DNA from: Sporopachydermia quercuum
Taxonomy: Eukaryota
Direction: 5' to 3'
DNA length: 64,000 nucleotides
Assembly: GCA_001599295.1 (NCBI GenBank)
Contig: BCGN01000010.1
Location: 434,001-498,000, forward strand
This document shows, in pieces, positions 32,588-46,627 of the stretch (within the stretch, counting starts at the first letter, position 1; every line of letters begins with the position of its first letter). The notes under the pieces were generated by a model. The model saw only the letters and a program-made list of their open reading frames with translations, was not told the origin of the DNA and made no database searches. The position numbers and the translations under genes were made by a program.

Positions 32588-35500
32588 ATGCAAAGAAGTG
32601 GTTCGTTGCGTCGTAACGGATCAAACAAATATCAAAGGTTTGATCCAGAATCCAATCAAGGTGCTGATTTCACTAGAAAGAGATCACTAGTGCGACCAGA
32701 GAGATCAAGAATTGATCCATCACATCCTCAGTTCCATTACACCCAATTAGCTCAACAACAACAGGGAAGAATTCAAGTTCAACCTTCGACAACAGGAAAT
32801 GATCCCACAACACAATTGCTTGATACCAATGAGGGAGGATACCCAAACGCAGAACAAGAATATTCTAATGATGATAGTTCTTTTGAACCCATAGATCAAT
32901 CTCCAAGTAAAAGCGAGTTAATTGGTGATCCAAGGGATGATCCACTCAATCAAACGGTTATTTATAATCAAGAGGATTATGATGATAGTAACAACAACGA
33001 CTACAATAACAGTACCAACTATGAAGAGCAAAGAGGCTCGAAAGACGATTATCATCATGCTGGAAGAGAAATTTACGGACTAAATGACGAGGTCGAACAT
33101 ATGAATACTGCTCCTATAAGAACAAGGTCCACTAGAAATCCTAGAAAGAAGACACTCCCACCAAGTAAAACGCCCGCCAAAAAGTCCACAATTCCATCAT
33201 TATGGCAAGTTTATTGCAGAATCATTACTTTTTGGGCTCCAGCTCCTTTGTTGAGACTATTTGGTATGCCTGACAAAGCACGTCAATCAGCATGGAGAGA
33301 AAAAATTGGCCTGATTTCGATTATTCTTTGTATTGCAGCTATTGTTGCTTTTCTAACATTTGGTTTCAGCAGAGCAGTGTGTGCAAAACAAACGACAAGA
33401 GTTCATAATAACGAAGTATCAACAGGATTTCTCATAGTTAACGGTAGAGCTTACGATTTGACTCGATCGCAACATCCAGGTGCTGCTGGTATTCCTGCTG
33501 GTTCCAACGTTCTTTACCCACCAGTAAATGCAGGTGGAATGGATGCTTCTTTGCTTTTTCAAAATGTTAATGGCAATTGTAAAGGACTGATTGTTCCTAG
33601 AGAAAATTGTACAATTCCTCATGATGATGATGGTAACTTAGCTTGGTATATGCCATGTCAATTACTAGCACAAGATGGTTCTACTGAACCAGATTTCAAT
33701 TTTGATTACTACGAAGGTTACGCTTGTCATGCAAGTACTATTGGTAGAGAAGCTTACTTTTCTTTGAAAGTTACAGCAGACGTTGGTTATACTTGGGATG
33801 ATATTAGAAACTCATCAAGGAAACTCATTGTTTATAATGGAAATGTCATTGACTTGTCGTTAATAGATTTCATATTTACTGATGATGTTACATATCCTGC
33901 TTTGTTCGATGAATTGAAAAACGATACTGCAGTAAGAGGTCATGACATATCTTTATTTATGGCAACAAGTTTTGAACGTCAGGTTGGAAAGTGTTTGACT
34001 GAAATCGCTAAAGTAGGTACAATTGACTCTGACACTATTGGTTGCATAGCTTCTGATGTTGTGTTATATGTTTCGCTAGTATTTATTGTTTCTATTGTAT
34101 TGGTGAAATTCATATTTGCNGTGTACTTCAAATGGTTTGTTTCTGGGCGCCAAGGTGCTTTCTATATGGACAATAAAACAATGGCCAAACGAGATAACGA
34201 GATCGAAGATTGGTCAGAGGCTCTTAATACCCCTGGACCCATGAAAACAGTTAATCCTGATGGAACAAAACGTCATACGCGTACTGGTTCCAGACTCAGT
34301 ACGATGTTTGGAGGTAAAGGCTCAGAATCAGAATCAGTTTTCACTACAGTTACCACCCAAGTTGCAGGCCGAGGTTTCGGTACAAGCTCTGGCTCCATTG
34401 CACCTTCTGCTGGTGGTAGTAACACAGTTTATTCAGGATTTGGTAGAAAACGAAGAGATTCACGTGGATCAGGTTTTTTAATGGAAGAATATGAAGGTAC
34501 TAGCGGTACTAGCTTACCATCAATTAATCCTTTTGATAATCCAAACGCTTTAGCTACAACAGTTCATGAAAAAGCCTTGCCACAACCTCCAGTTGATTAT
34601 CAACCATTTAATTTACCTTTAGCTCATATTATCACTTTAGTTACGGCATACTCCGAATCTGTTGAAGGTCTGAGAACTACCCTTGACTCTTTAGCTACAA
34701 CTGATTATCCAGCCTCTCATAAATTATTGCTTGTTATATGTGATGGATTAATTAAAGGTTCAGGAAACGACATGACAACGCCCGACATCGCAATTTCAAT
34801 GATGGAAGATTTCCTCGTGCCTAAAGAAAAGGTTCAACCGTATTCTTACGTTGCAGTTGCTTCCGGCTCAAAGAGACATAACATGGCAAAGGTTTATGCT
34901 GGGTTTTACAAGTATGATGATGAGACTGTTCCCATTGAAAAGCAGCAAAGAGTACCAATGATCACGATTGTTAAATGTGGTACTCCAGATGAACAAGGTA
35001 ATTCTAAACCAGGTAACCGAGGTAAAAGAGATTCACAAATCATTCTTATGAGTTTCTTGCAAAGAGTTATGTTTGATGAAAGAATGACAGAACTTGAATA
35101 CGAAATGATGAATGGAATATGGCAAGTAACAGGTTTATCTCCGGACTATTATGAGATTGTTCTTATGGTGGATGCAGATACAAAGGTTTATCCAGATTCA
35201 ATTACTCATATGGCTGCTCAAATGATTAAAGATCCTGAAGTTATGGGATTATGTGGNGAAACAAAGATTGCCAATAAACGACAATCATGGGTAACGGCTA
35301 TTCAAGTGTTTGAATACTTCATTTCTCACCACCAGTCAAAAGCCTTTGAATCTATCTTTGGTGGTGTGACATGTTTGCCTGGTTGTTTTTGTATGTACCG
35401 TATCAAAGCTCCTAAAGGGCCTGATGGATACTGGGTACCTATTATGGCCAATCCTGATATTGTTGAAAGATACGCAGATAATGTCACCGACACATTGCAT

Positions 35501-36316
35501 AAAAAGAATCTTTTGCTGTTGGGTGAAGATAGATATCTATCCACCTTAATGTTGAAGACGTTCCCTAAAAGAAAGCAGATATTTGTTCCTAAGGCTGTAT
35601 GTAAAACAATTGCTCCTGATGAGTTCAGAGTGTTGCTTTCTCAAAGAAGACGTTGGATCAACTCAACTGTTCACAATCTAATGGAATTGCTCTTGGTTAA
35701 AGATTTATGTGGTGTTTTCTGTTTTTCTATGCAGTTTGTTGTTTTCATTGAACTTGTGGGAACACTTGTTTTGCCAGCAGCTATTGCATTTACAGTATAT
35801 GTTATCATTATTGCCATTGTCTCGAAGCCAACTCCTATTATATCCTTGGTTTTATTAGCTTTGATCTTAGGTCTTCCTGGAATCTTAATTATTGTAACAG
35901 CAACGAGAGTATCGTACATTGTTTGGATGTTGATTTATTTATGTGCTTTGCCTATTTGGAATTTTGTTCTACCAGTAAATGCTTACTGGAAGTTTGATGA
36001 TTTCTCTTGGGGTAACACGAGATCCGTTCAAGGAGAAACTACAAGTAAGGCACACGAGGACGGTGAAGGTGAGTTTGATTCAAGTCAAATCATTATGAAG
36101 CGATGGAGGGACTTTGAACGTGAAAAGAGAGTTCAATATGTTGCTCAACCACAAGCTGTTTATAACGGTAGTACATTTGATGTGACTGATGATCTTGCTG
36201 ATCATAGCGGAAATGATTTAGGTGATCCAAAAGGCGGTTATAGCGACAACTCAGGTTTTGATTCTTCAATCTATACTGATCAAGGTTATGAGGATGATGA
36301 GTTAAGAAGGCTTTGA
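32588..36316 (+). CDS. CHS3: Class IV chitin synthase
   Basis: AWREK, cytochrome b5-like region, [41 protein letters not shown]; no myosin motor domain. Confidence 0.96.
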   Translation: MQRSGSLRRNGSNKYQRFDPESNQGADFTRKRSLVRPERSRIDPSHPQFHYTQLAQQQQGRIQVQPSTTGNDPTTQLLDTNEGGYPNAEQEYSNDDSSFEPIDQSPSKSELIGDPRDDPLNQTVIYNQEDYDDSNNNDYNNSTNYEEQRGSKDDYHHAGREIYGLNDEVEHMNTAPIRTRSTRNPRKKTLPPSKTPAKKSTIPSLWQVYCRIITFWAPAPLLRLFGMPDKARQSAWREKIGLISIILCIAAIVAFLTFGFSRAVCAKQTTRVHNNEVSTGFLIVNGRAYDLTRSQHPGAAGIPAGSNVLYPPVNAGGMDASLLFQNVNGNCKGLIVPRENCTIPHDDDGNLAWYMPCQLLAQDGSTEPDFNFDYYEGYACHASTIGREAYFSLKVTADVGYTWDDIRNSSRKLIVYNGNVIDLSLIDFIFTDDVTYPALFDELKNDTAVRGHDISLFMATSFERQVGKCLTEIAKVGTIDSDTIGCIASDVVLYVSLVFIVSIVLVKFIFXVYFKWFVSGRQGAFYMDNKTMAKRDNEIEDWSEALNTPGPMKTVNPDGTKRHTRTGSRLSTMFGGKGSESESVFTTVTTQVAGRGFGTSSGSIAPSAGGSNTVYSGFGRKRRDSRGSGFLMEEYEGTSGTSLPSINPFDNPNALATTVHEKALPQPPVDYQPFNLPLAHIITLVTAYSESVEGLRTTLDSLATTDYPASHKLLLVICDGLIKGSGNDMTTPDIAISMMEDFLVPKEKVQPYSYVAVASGSKRHNMAKVYAGFYKYDDETVPIEKQQRVPMITIVKCGTPDEQGNSKPGNRGKRDSQIILMSFLQRVMFDERMTELEYEMMNGIWQVTGLSPDYYEIVLMVDADTKVYPDSITHMAAQMIKDPEVMGLCXETKIANKRQSWVTAIQVFEYFISHHQSKAFESIFGGVTCLPGCFCMYRIKAPKGPDGYWVPIMANPDIVERYADNVTDTLHKKNLLLLGEDRYLSTLMLKTFPKRKQIFVPKAVCKTIAPDEFRVLLSQRRRWINSTVHNLMELLLVKDLCGVFCFSMQFVVFIELVGTLVLPAAIAFTVYVIIIAIVSKPTPIISLVLLALILGLPGILIIVTATRVSYIVWMLIYLCALPIWNFVLPVNAYWKFDDFSWGNTRSVQGETTSKAHEDGEGEFDSSQIIMKRWRDFEREKRVQYVAQPQAVYNGSTFDVTDDLADHSGNDLGDPKGGYSDNSGFDSSIYTDQGYEDDELRRL

Positions 36317-36818
36317 TTTAAATAGCATATAGGTAGGTTGATTTCAGTACAGTTATTGGTTTATTGTGGTTAGCAATAGAACAAATGAGCAAATTGTAGA
36401 TTTTGTTAGATCTAGCACTAATGATAACTAATAGTTAATTGTTACGTAATCATCAAACATATCCTTTTTGCATCTTTTCCGTTTTAGCACAATAAAGTTT
36501 AGAGTTCATGCACAAATATGCATACAATATTATCTCTAGAATCCCCATTATTGGTCTACCTAAAAATTGATAGTTCTCAATTGTGCTTCTATCCCTTTAG
36601 CTCCCAGGGCAAGACTCTTTATCTAAATGATCTGCTATAGAATCAGGTATATAAGTATAAATTTGTAGTGAACAATCATTATCTCAATTTTACCTTTTCC
36701 GTAGCTGATATTAAATTGGACCGTCGCGCTATCAAGATTACAGGAGAACGTTCAATTGATAGGTAGCCGTGACCATTACCTATCTCTAAGTCTCGCACTA
36801 CAAATGGGGTAGTACATC

Positions 36819-39800
36819 ATGAGCTCAAGGACGTTCACATTTGGTCTATCAAAACAAATTGATCTTCCTTTCCAGGTGAAAATGTTAGTATAATGATTCT
36901 TTAAGAGTTAAAGGAAATATGTGACTTTTGTTTTGCTATAGAAAATAGAACAACAGCTGCTAAACGCCCACTTTCATGAAGCTCTTTTTTGGTAGTACGA
37001 TCGTCAGTAAGTGCAAATAACACTTGTCATTGAGCAAATACTAACTTTCAAATCATGCCAGAGAATCTCTAGAAGGCTCTAAAAAGCTAATCCCACTATA
37101 TGAACAAATAAAACATCCTGAGAAGACATTGATATTGTCTAATATAATGTAAGTAGAGTTGCAACATAGGATGTGATGATCCTTATGATTTAGCAGGTTT
37201 TTCCCTATTACTATCCCCTATGTATTTCAATGTCCTACTAGCCTAACACAACCTGCCTAGTGAAAATTCGGATTTATTTGTCACTGTTCAAATATTCGCT
37301 GATGGAAAACCTCTAACAATTCCTGTGAACTCATCATACACTTCTTTCATAACAACTAGAAAATGGGGAGAATGGATATCTTTACCAATAACATATTGTC
37401 AGCTACCGATAGATGCTCAATTGACGATCACAGTATGGGAATTCTCTGGACCTGGGAAGCGAATCCCTTATGGCGGAACAACCATTAGCCTATTCAATAC
37501 AACAGATTGTACATTGAAAACAGGGAGCCAAAAGGTTAAGTTATGGCTAGGTAAGCAAGCGGATGGTTCAACGGATAGTAGAACTCCTGGTGTTTATTCA
37601 TTAGATGGTGAAATGGATAGAATTGAAACAATAAAAAAGAAACAAGAAGCAGCAGAAATACCGAAAGTTACTTGGCTGGACAACCTAACAGCTAGGAAAA
37701 TCGAGCAAATGAAGAAATCACAGTCTTTCTCCGAGATAACAAATGATATCAATACCACAAAGTCAAAGCCTGATTCTTCTCACTTCTTGCTAATCGAATT
37801 AGCACAGTTTGGCATGCCGATTGTTTATTCGGACACTCAGTATCCTCCACCATCCGTTCCTATATACCCACCAAAAAAAAATACAACAGAAAGACAAGGA
37901 ATTGACAGAACTAGGAGACTAAATAATAGCGATGCTAAAAGCTCGTCACCTGCCACAGGGGGATATTCAAACAATAATCCCAGACTCCTTAAACCAAGGT
38001 CTGCGAGATCTATTATCAATGATCCTGACCAGTTTCAAGAAAATCCCATAGAATTGAAATACAGAAGACTGGAAAGAAGCCATCAAAATTCACCGTTAGA
38101 TAGAGAAGTGAAACCAAATGCCAAAATTAGAGACGAATTGAACGTCATATTAAACTTTTCTCCTGTTCAAGAACTCACCGGTGACGAAAAGTACTTAGTG
38201 TGGAAGTTCAGATACTATTTATCAAGAGATAAACGTGGATTAACCAAGTTTCTTAAATCAGTTACTTGGGAAGACGAAGCAGAAGTATCTCAGGCATTAG
38301 AACTTTTAACTCTTTGGACAGAAATTGATGTGGCTGATGCTTTAGAACTGTTAGGTCCCAGTTATAAACACAGAACAGTTAGGGCATATGCTGTTAATAG
38401 GCTACGGAAAGCATCCAATAAGGAGATTCAATTGTATTTACTGCAGTTAGTTCAAGCGATAGGATTTGAAGAGAGTTCTATAGGGAATTCTAATAGAAGA
38501 AACAGTGGAGATTCTACTACAGGTTCTGAAATTGTTGGAGTCTCAGATGATGCACCATTGGCATCATTCCTTATTTCTAGATCGATCAGTGACTCAATAT
38601 TTGGTCATTTCTTCTATTGGTACGTTAAAGTAGAGGCACAAGATAAAGGGCCTAATAGTCCTTTTGCAAATGTATTGGCAGCTTATACAGAAACTTTACA
38701 GCAAAATGAATCAACTGAACACCAACTTGAAGACTTAACGAAACAAGAAGAGTTTGTTGCTAGGTTAGTTAATGTTGCAATGTCTGTGAGGAAAATGAAA
38801 GATTCTACACCTAAGAAAATTGAAAAACTAAGGCAATTATTATCTGATTCAGAAACCTTAGGCATCTCAGAACATAATCCAGTAAAACTTCCATTGGATC
38901 CTACCCTAACTATTACGGAAGTAATACCTGAGAAATCATTTGTATTCAAATCAAGCTTGAATCCTTTAAAACTATCGTTCAAGACTCAAAATAATGAAGA
39001 ATATGAATTAATGTTTAAATGTGGTGATGATCTACGTCAAGATCAATTAGTTATACAAATCATCATGTTAATGGATGCATTGCTTAAGAATGAAAATCTT
39101 GATTTAAAGCTCAGTCCATATAAGATTTTAGCTACATCTCCAGTAGATGGTGCTTTGCAATTTGTACCTAACAAGACTCTTGCATCAATTTTGGCAGATT
39201 ACCCAGGTGGGATATTATCATTTTTACAGGAGCAGAATCCTGATAAAAATAACTCTTTAGGTGTTGATCCTAATGTTATGGATACTTATATCAAATCATG
39301 TGGTAAGTTAATACGTTTTACTGGTTGTTTAACCTAACAGAGCAGTGCTATTAATAGACCAAAATAACATAGCCTAACAATATTATAGCTGGATACTGCG
39401 TAATTACCTATTTACTAGGTGTTGGTGACAGGCATTTAGATAATCTGCTTATCTGTTCAGACGGTAAGTATTTATGTTGTATTACTTTCATTATTACTAC
39501 TACACTGCTCACATTATCTTTCATAATTTCAAGTACTAACTTTTCAACTCACAAGGCCATTTCTTTCATGCTGATTTTGGCTACATTTTAGGCAGGGATC
39601 CAAAACCTTTCCCACCAATGATGAAACTACCTATACAAATTATCGAAGGGATGGGAGGTACGCAGCATGCTAATTATGATAAATTTCGTTCTTACTGTTT
39701 CACAGCTTATACAACATTAAGGAAAAGCTCAAATTTGATCCTCAATTTNTTCTCTCTTATGAAATATGCCAATATACCCGATATTAGAATTGAACCCGAT

Positions 39801-39956
39801 AAAGTTGTTTTTAAAGTAAAAGAGAAATTTTGCCTTGAAATGACGGAAGAAGAAGCAATTTTACATTTCCAGAATCTGATCAATGAATCTGTTAATGCAT
39901 TTTTACCAATGGTGATAGATAGATTACACAATTTAGCTCAATATTGGAGAGCATAA
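36819..39956 (+). CDS. VPS34: Phosphatidylinositol 3-kinase Vps34; exons 36819-36883, 37062-37148, 37261-39302, 39389-39463, 39556-39956 (889 aa)
   Basis: C2, helical and kinase domains ([48 protein letters not shown]); four introns reconstructed in frame. Confidence 0.95.
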
Positions 39957-40808
39957 ACAATAAATGGAATAGTTAATTCGAATGGATTATAAGGTGATTA
40001 ATATAAGGTTAGAATAGAGACCATTATTATCTCAAAGGAAGAGGAAGAGGGAACTCTAGGAAAACCAGCAGTTGTTATGGAGTATATGCAATTCATATGC
40101 CGAAAGAAATGTGATAAGTAAGTTTACCGGTCGGTAGTACAGGTTTATTCAAGTAATTATTACATAATGTTAGGACTGTTATGTTATGAGTATTAATTGA
40201 TATAAGAATGCAGGATATGTGAAAATATTTGTAGATCTGGATGGTGCCGTTCGTTCAACCATGAATTAACTAATATTACTGTATGATCTTGGGCAGCTAA
40301 GAATATCAGAATATCTTACCAAGAGCATATTAATGAAATCAGTTCTAGAATTCCTGAAAGGTCGTCCATTCTTGTGAGCAGTAGTGATTCTTGATAACAA
40401 TGATAAAGAAACTCTGGATAAGACTATTTATTCATGCACCAATATTCTTACAAATGAATATGTGATCAGCAATAGTACTACCCATTGTAAAACGTTTGAT
40501 AGATGGTTTTATAATGAGAACTCCCTTCTGGTATTCGGCGATCTCCAACAGCAAACTCCACTTCATTTATTCAATGGTTATTCTGCTTGCTTGTTGAACT
40601 GTCAATAGTTACGAAAAAGAATAATAATAACTACACTCAGTACGAATAGCGTGAAAAAAAAAAAGAAGTATTCACCTAGTTGAGGAAGGCATTCGAAACT
40701 GAGAATGCTTGTACAGGTTTGCTGTTCCTTTCATTATAATGACATCATAGTACCTTAACTGTGACACTACAATGGAGTTACGAGTTTCTCCAGTGTACCA
40801 TCAATCTG

Positions 40809-42328
40809 TTATGTTGAGTTATTTGATAGATTGTTGAATACAATACCAGCAGTTTCTGGCAAAAAAGACTCTCTTGTCTCTTTCACTTTTTCCTTTGTTT
40901 GAGTATATTGATGAATCAAAGCTTGAGAAACAGTTCTTAACGAGTTTCTCATCACTTCAATCTTCTTTACTATCTCACTACTAGAGGCATTAGGCAAATA
41001 ACCAGCAGATAGTGGTTTATACAGGTTTGTTTCATTATTCCATTTGGTGAGAATCTGTGTTTCATAATGATTAAGCTTCCGAGCTTTTCTCTTCGGTTCA
41101 ACTGAACTCTTATTTATATTATTCTCACTTGGTCGTAAATCAAATATTCTCAAGATACCTGCTGAAACTTCTTTCATTGTTCGATAAATAAATATCAAAT
41201 CTGACTCACCATTTCTGATATCGTCATTCATATCATTCTCATTGTTTTTGTTATGTAACTGAGTACTATCAGACATTCTACTAATAACACATCTCATGAG
41301 CTCACCAGTTAAATCAAATAATCCTAACATATAGTCAGATTCACGTACCCAGCAAAAGCCAGGATGACACACGCCGTATTTAAATCCTTCTTTGTTAGGA
41401 ACGAAGTTCAAGGCTGACAAATAAGATGCTATATCAGGATTCTCTCCCGATAAAATCTGAGAGCTTGTTTCTAGAGAAGATTTATTCAATCCGCATAAAA
41501 ATAAAACAGTAGCTCTAAATAAATTATCACCTAAATCTTCTGAATTGAATATTGGTTTATGAGTTAGGTATTTCCCTAGAACTAATAATGAGATAGTAAA
41601 ACGAGCATATTGAATATCAAGTATCGTCTTAGTAGAAAAATAATATAAGAACGTTATGGCTTCAATGAATTCTTGTATAGCATTAGAAACAGTTTTGCTG
41701 TTTGAAATAGATAAACAGTTATGTTGTGTAGCTTTACACGATCTTTCCCATATTTCTTCAAATATAACAAGCAATGAGGATGTCTGAGGAGATTCTTTGA
41801 TATGAGGAGAATTGTGATCGATTTGGGATAGGGCTTTTTGAATTCTAGGACACGATTCCAATTGTTGAAACGTATTAATACATTTTGTTAGCTCAAAGAG
41901 CTTATAGAACGAGCTTGCTAAATTTTCCAAAAGAGTTGTTATTGATTCGAATTCTTCAACTGTAAAAGTATCAAATAGCTCAGGAGCTCTATGAATTGTA
42001 AATATGCTATAGGAGAAAGATCGTTAGTCAGGTAAGATCAGAGAAAAGATGGACAGGAACATGGAGGTGGAATACAAAACTATAGATTAAGAACAGAACC
42101 AAGAACCAAGGGAAATATTCAAGAGTTGTAACCAACAAACAAAAGTAGCAAAAACAGAATTTTCAGATAAACGTACAGCTTCTTGCTATCGGAAGTTATA
42201 TTACGACATATTTTGATAATCTCATCTCGCTGAGAGTGCTGATTGTTAAGAATCCTTTTCAATGAATCAAAGAACTCAGGGCTTTCATCGTACGACACAT
42301 GCTCAAGATAAAGTGAATTTGATGTCAT
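40809..42328 (-). CDS. TRAX: Translin-associated factor X (TRAX)-like protein; exons 42328-42177, 42006-40809 (~449 aa)
   Basis: RDEIIKICRNITSDSKKL|IFTIHR, AIQEFIEAITF and DYMLGLFDLTGELMR match TRAX motifs; intron GTACGT..TGACTAAC..TAG. Confidence 0.82.
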
Positions 42329-43025
42329 TGGAACGTATAAAAAGTAGACTGATAAAATGTTTTGGCGAGTTCCTAAAAATCTATGGATACCCCATTTAAT
42401 GTCCAGTACTGGTAGAAACTATGAATAACAATTGAGGAAAAGGTCAATGAGATTAACTAACTAGTTTGATCGATAGAAAATACACGTTAATAGCTTGATT
42501 GCTTTCAACAAATGTATTTATTTCTATGCAACATCTGAATAGTCTTTTTTCCCATTATGGTTGAAAAACGCAATTCTCATAATTCCATTCTAATCGTAAT
42601 AGTAGAATAGAAAAAAAGATGGATACAGTAGAACTAAGGATTATTTTCGTTATTATTGAATTAGGTAACAGACAGAAGAGGAAAGAATTGATATCAACCC
42701 TATCGCTATACCTTAGACTAGACAACCTACCTAACACTACCAATCTAGCACTATAAATAGCTAGGATGTAAGAAGTATGGAGGACTTCAGCAAATGACAA
42801 AAAAAATGAAACTGGGTATTCAAATAACAAAAGGATACATTATTCATTCTGTAAGCCAAAAATTACTATCTTTGATCGTCAGAAATATCAAAATATACAT
42901 ATCAACGTTGCTGTCATTCACTGGTAGTTTGATCATAAATTCTAAAGGAGTACAAAGATAACAACACTATTCAAGATAGAAGGTACAAGATATAAACAGA
43001 ACCAATACCAGGCAATCAAATTCCC

Positions 43026-43979
43026 TCAAATGGTCTTCTTTTTCTTCATCGATTTTCTCATTTCTCGTAAATCTGGCGGCATTTCAATTCCTAGCTCGTC
43101 TCTTAACGCTTGGGCATCTTTCTCAAGTACTTCCTCCCAGTAAATATTGATTATTGGTTTGGATCTCAATCCATTCCTAATTGCCCACGGAAAATATGTA
43201 CCATATAATCTTTGTTTCTGAATTGGCTTTAGTCTTAAGGGAGCAAACAATGCACCTAATCCTGTCATTGGAATGCCAGTGTTAGCAAATTCGAATGCTT
43301 TCAATGATATTTCACCCTCAATGATAATTGGTAATCCGGTTAAAGCATGATAAAAATCGTGACACTCTCTATACCTTTGCATGACATAGGCATTCTCTTC
43401 ATTGTCAATGTAACGTACTTGAGCACGAGTATCAGGAGAAACACCTTCTTTATCTAACCAATCAATATATGTTCTTCCAACTGTACCTGTTGGTAGTTGC
43501 CTCAAGTATGGTAAATTCAGAGAAGTAGAAGTTATTCTTGGTCTGTCTCTGAGAATCCGTCTTCCTGTTGGATCTGAAAGCATTTGATTCCTCAAAGCAT
43601 TCATTACTGGCGGAATGGCTGTAGCTTCGCCTAACGCAGCTACTAGATCACCTCTTTCAGGATGAAAATAGCAACCAATTGATGATCCGACAAACAGTGC
43701 AAGCTTCTCAAGAGGATAAAGAGGCACATGTTCAGGGTATGCTTTTTCTGGCCTTCTCCATTCTTCTACTGTCCTTGAACTTGCGCCAGATAGAAATCTG
43801 TTGGCATCTTCAACGGATTGTGTGGTGGTTGGGTTTGAAGCAATTGAGTCAGCTAAACGATTAGAGCTGGCAAAAGGATTGAATGTTGCTAGTAAAATAG
43901 CAGCTGTTGCGGAAATAAAAGGTCTTCGATGACCTCTCATCAATGATCCGTAAGTTGGAATTGGTGAAGTTCTTAGCAT
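43026..43979 (-). CDS. COQ4: Ubiquinone biosynthesis protein Coq4
   Basis: [42 protein letters not shown]...GE (HDxxH-x11-E motif). Confidence 0.95.
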   Translation of the reverse strand: MLRTSPIPTYGSLMRGHRRPFISATAAILLATFNPFASSNRLADSIASNPTTTQSVEDANRFLSGASSRTVEEWRRPEKAYPEHVPLYPLEKLALFVGSSIGCYFHPERGDLVAALGEATAIPPVMNALRNQMLSDPTGRRILRDRPRITSTSLNLPYLRQLPTGTVGRTYIDWLDKEGVSPDTRAQVRYIDNEENAYVMQRYRECHDFYHALTGLPIIIEGEISLKAFEFANTGIPMTGLGALFAPLRLKPIQKQRLYGTYFPWAIRNGLRSKPIINIYWEEVLEKDAQALRDELGIEMPPDLREMRKSMKKKKTI

Positions 43980-44597
43980 TGCTGAAACGATGTTTCATTC
44001 GTTTGTGACAAACTGTCATTCACTAATAGATCTCTGATAGCCGAATGGATAACAGCTGAAATATTTAGTTAAAGGAAAATCAATAACTTCTTTATAAACA
44101 AATCAATTCAAATCAAAGGACCTCTACTGTCAAATAACAGGTTGAACTCATCCTAATTTGTCTCCAAATACATCTTCATCAGTTAACTAATGTATCAATC
44201 CAGTCATATCTATTAGACATAATGTCTCATCATTTTGATGAGAGATGATATTGAGTTATATCAGGCCATTCTACTAAGTTTCCTAATGCAGTAAACCCCT
44301 AAACCCATACTATTTTCCAAGTTGAAATCCACCTAATATATCACTAATAATCTGTTAGGTTGCCATTTGAGGTTTTCTCTTCTCTATGTATTCCATTTCT
44401 CTCTCAAAGATCCATCTTAGAACTAACCATTGACATCCGTGGATAATGCTGTTGTTCAAATGAATGTACTTCTTATTATTATTCTTTATTTCTTTACTTG
44501 TTAGCTACTGTTATAATCCCACTTATACTGTAAGGTAGATTATAGCTAGAAGATAGGTGTTTCGTTAGATATATATCAACTCACAAAATAATCAACA

Positions 44598-45836
44598 ATG
44601 ACTACGGAGGTGTTTCCTCCCCTTCCAGTAGAGGAGATCATCAAACGAGAAAATGAAGCAGTTGTACGTATAAAGCCGCCATAATATGAGAATTTCGTTT
44701 GGTGATTAGTGTTAGCACAGATTCCATTTACTTAGTAGTTCATCCTAACATACTATTAGCTCAAAGAACGACATTGGTTGTACCATAACATAGTGGATAA
44801 AAGCATTGATTACATTGAAGAATCTATGATTGAATGTATTCATAAGATTCAAGAAGCAACGCCTTATAAGCTACCGATTTCCTCCAACTCATATGCAAAC
44901 GATACAGTGAAAGGAATAATGACAAGAAATGGGTTTCATGTGTCCGAACTAGACTTTACACTGAAAATGAATAGCTTACCAAAATCATTACCATATCGCC
45001 TTCGATTTTCCAGTACTGATTTTTCGCAAGAAAGAGAACACGATGATCGAATACAAATTGATGGGATAGTGTTTAATCAGCTGATAGAATGTATGAATTT
45101 AATTACTGATGGAATAAACGAACTACAAGTTTTTAAAAAGAAAAAGGAATCCCACAAAATTAATAAAGATTGCTATCCCCCAGAAGAAGAATTTGGTGAT
45201 GCTGTGAGACTAATTTCAAATACTTTCAATGCAGTTCTGAAGAGCGAAAGAATACTGAAAAACCAATCAGCGGATTTATTATACCCTTCGGCCAAATCTA
45301 TTCTCTCTTCTAAATTATTACATCCGTTGCGTGAATTTGTTAAGGATTCTCATGGGAACTACCAATTCAACGATGGGCTTCTCCTCCAGAATAATGGTAT
45401 GGACCTAGATGTCGATATATACATAAGTTCAGATAGTGGGAGCGTTGTATTAGATATCAGGCTATTGGAAATAGTTACTGAACGACCTTGGGATAGAATC
45501 ATTGATGATGTGAGTTATGGCGAGCATGTCAGGAAAGAGAATCTGGAAGATGAAGTCTCAGGATCAGAAAAATCTGATGCTTCTTCCTCCTCAGAATCAA
45601 ATGTTGGTTTAGGATCATTTATAAACCGTCTAGGTATATATCATGTGAAACGAAAGCCTAGCGATTATATCAGAAACAGCCGAGTTTATAATGGCAAAGT
45701 AATGCTGGAAGTTGAACGAGCAAAAGTTGAAGTTCAAGATCCTAATATCATTAGTTTGTTCGCCAAATTGAGTGCATTGGAACACTATGTTGGTGGGGTC
45801 AACAGAAAGTGTGAACGTCTGATCCAATGTCTGTAA
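44598..45836 (+). CDS. RAV2: RAVE complex subunit Rav2/Rogdi; exons 44598-44663, 44760-45836 (380 aa)
   Basis: N-terminal MTTEVFPP...ERHWL and C-terminal VEVQDPNIISLFAKLSALEH; intron GTACGT..TCCTAAC..TAG. Confidence 0.8.
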
Positions 45837-46002
45837 CATTGAAAACGCTTGACTTGATTCCACGTGATTTCAAGAATTTAAAGAACCAACTGATCATGCC
45901 TCTTCTATAGCGGAAACACCTGAAAATGCAAAGTTAATCACCATTCGTAATCATTTGATTTAATAAGCCAGTTAAGTGATTTAGAAACTTTATCCCCGAA
46001 CG

Positions 46003-46627
46003 TCAAAATCTATCAGGTGCCATGCTCATTCTTTTATGTTTCTCCTATTTTTTGTTGGGTTAGTTAACCTATTGTGAAATTTCTATCGTATATTCATCAA
46101 ATCCGCAACCAAGAGAAAAAATAAACAAAAAACAGACATACCTGTAGTTCAAATCGAGAGATTGAATAATTTATTCTTTCCTTCTTATTTCTCAAAGCTT
46201 GTAACTGAGCCAATTGCTCTTCGGTGACTCCACCTTTCACTTTAGGATGCTTCTCATTATGTTTACCGAATTTCGAACTCTGGTTCCAGCTGGAATTATT
46301 TGCAGCATCCAAACGAACTTGCAACAACTCCGCCCTTTTAACTAATGTATTTTTCCTTAATTTCAAGCGGCTCATCTCCTGCTCTGACCGCGCAATCAAT
46401 TCTACAATCAATGGTTGAAACTCTGACTCTAGTTCCCGTCTAGCTTCGATTATCGATGTCTCCGAAACCAGATCAAACACTCTCGTTTGACTAAGTATTA
46501 CTGGAAGTCTTTGGAAATCTGGTACCACATTCTTATTTAAGTTATCGATTGATTTATTTAGCAAATCAGACGACGATGTGAGCAATTCTGCACATGAAAG
46601 TAATGTGCTGACATGATTTGTAGACAT
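46003..46627 (-). CDS. SPC19: DASH/Dam1 complex subunit Spc19; exons 46627-46142, 46044-46003 (175 aa)
   Basis: DFQRL..IL.QTRVFDLVSE...ARREL..E..PLI..LI; the intron GTATGT..AACTAAC..TAG gives the C-terminus EKHKRMSMAPDRF*. Confidence 0.82.

Noticed and set aside
37173..37179. C-box-like GTGATGA in VPS34 intron 2
   Set aside because: No downstream CTGA D box within the intron
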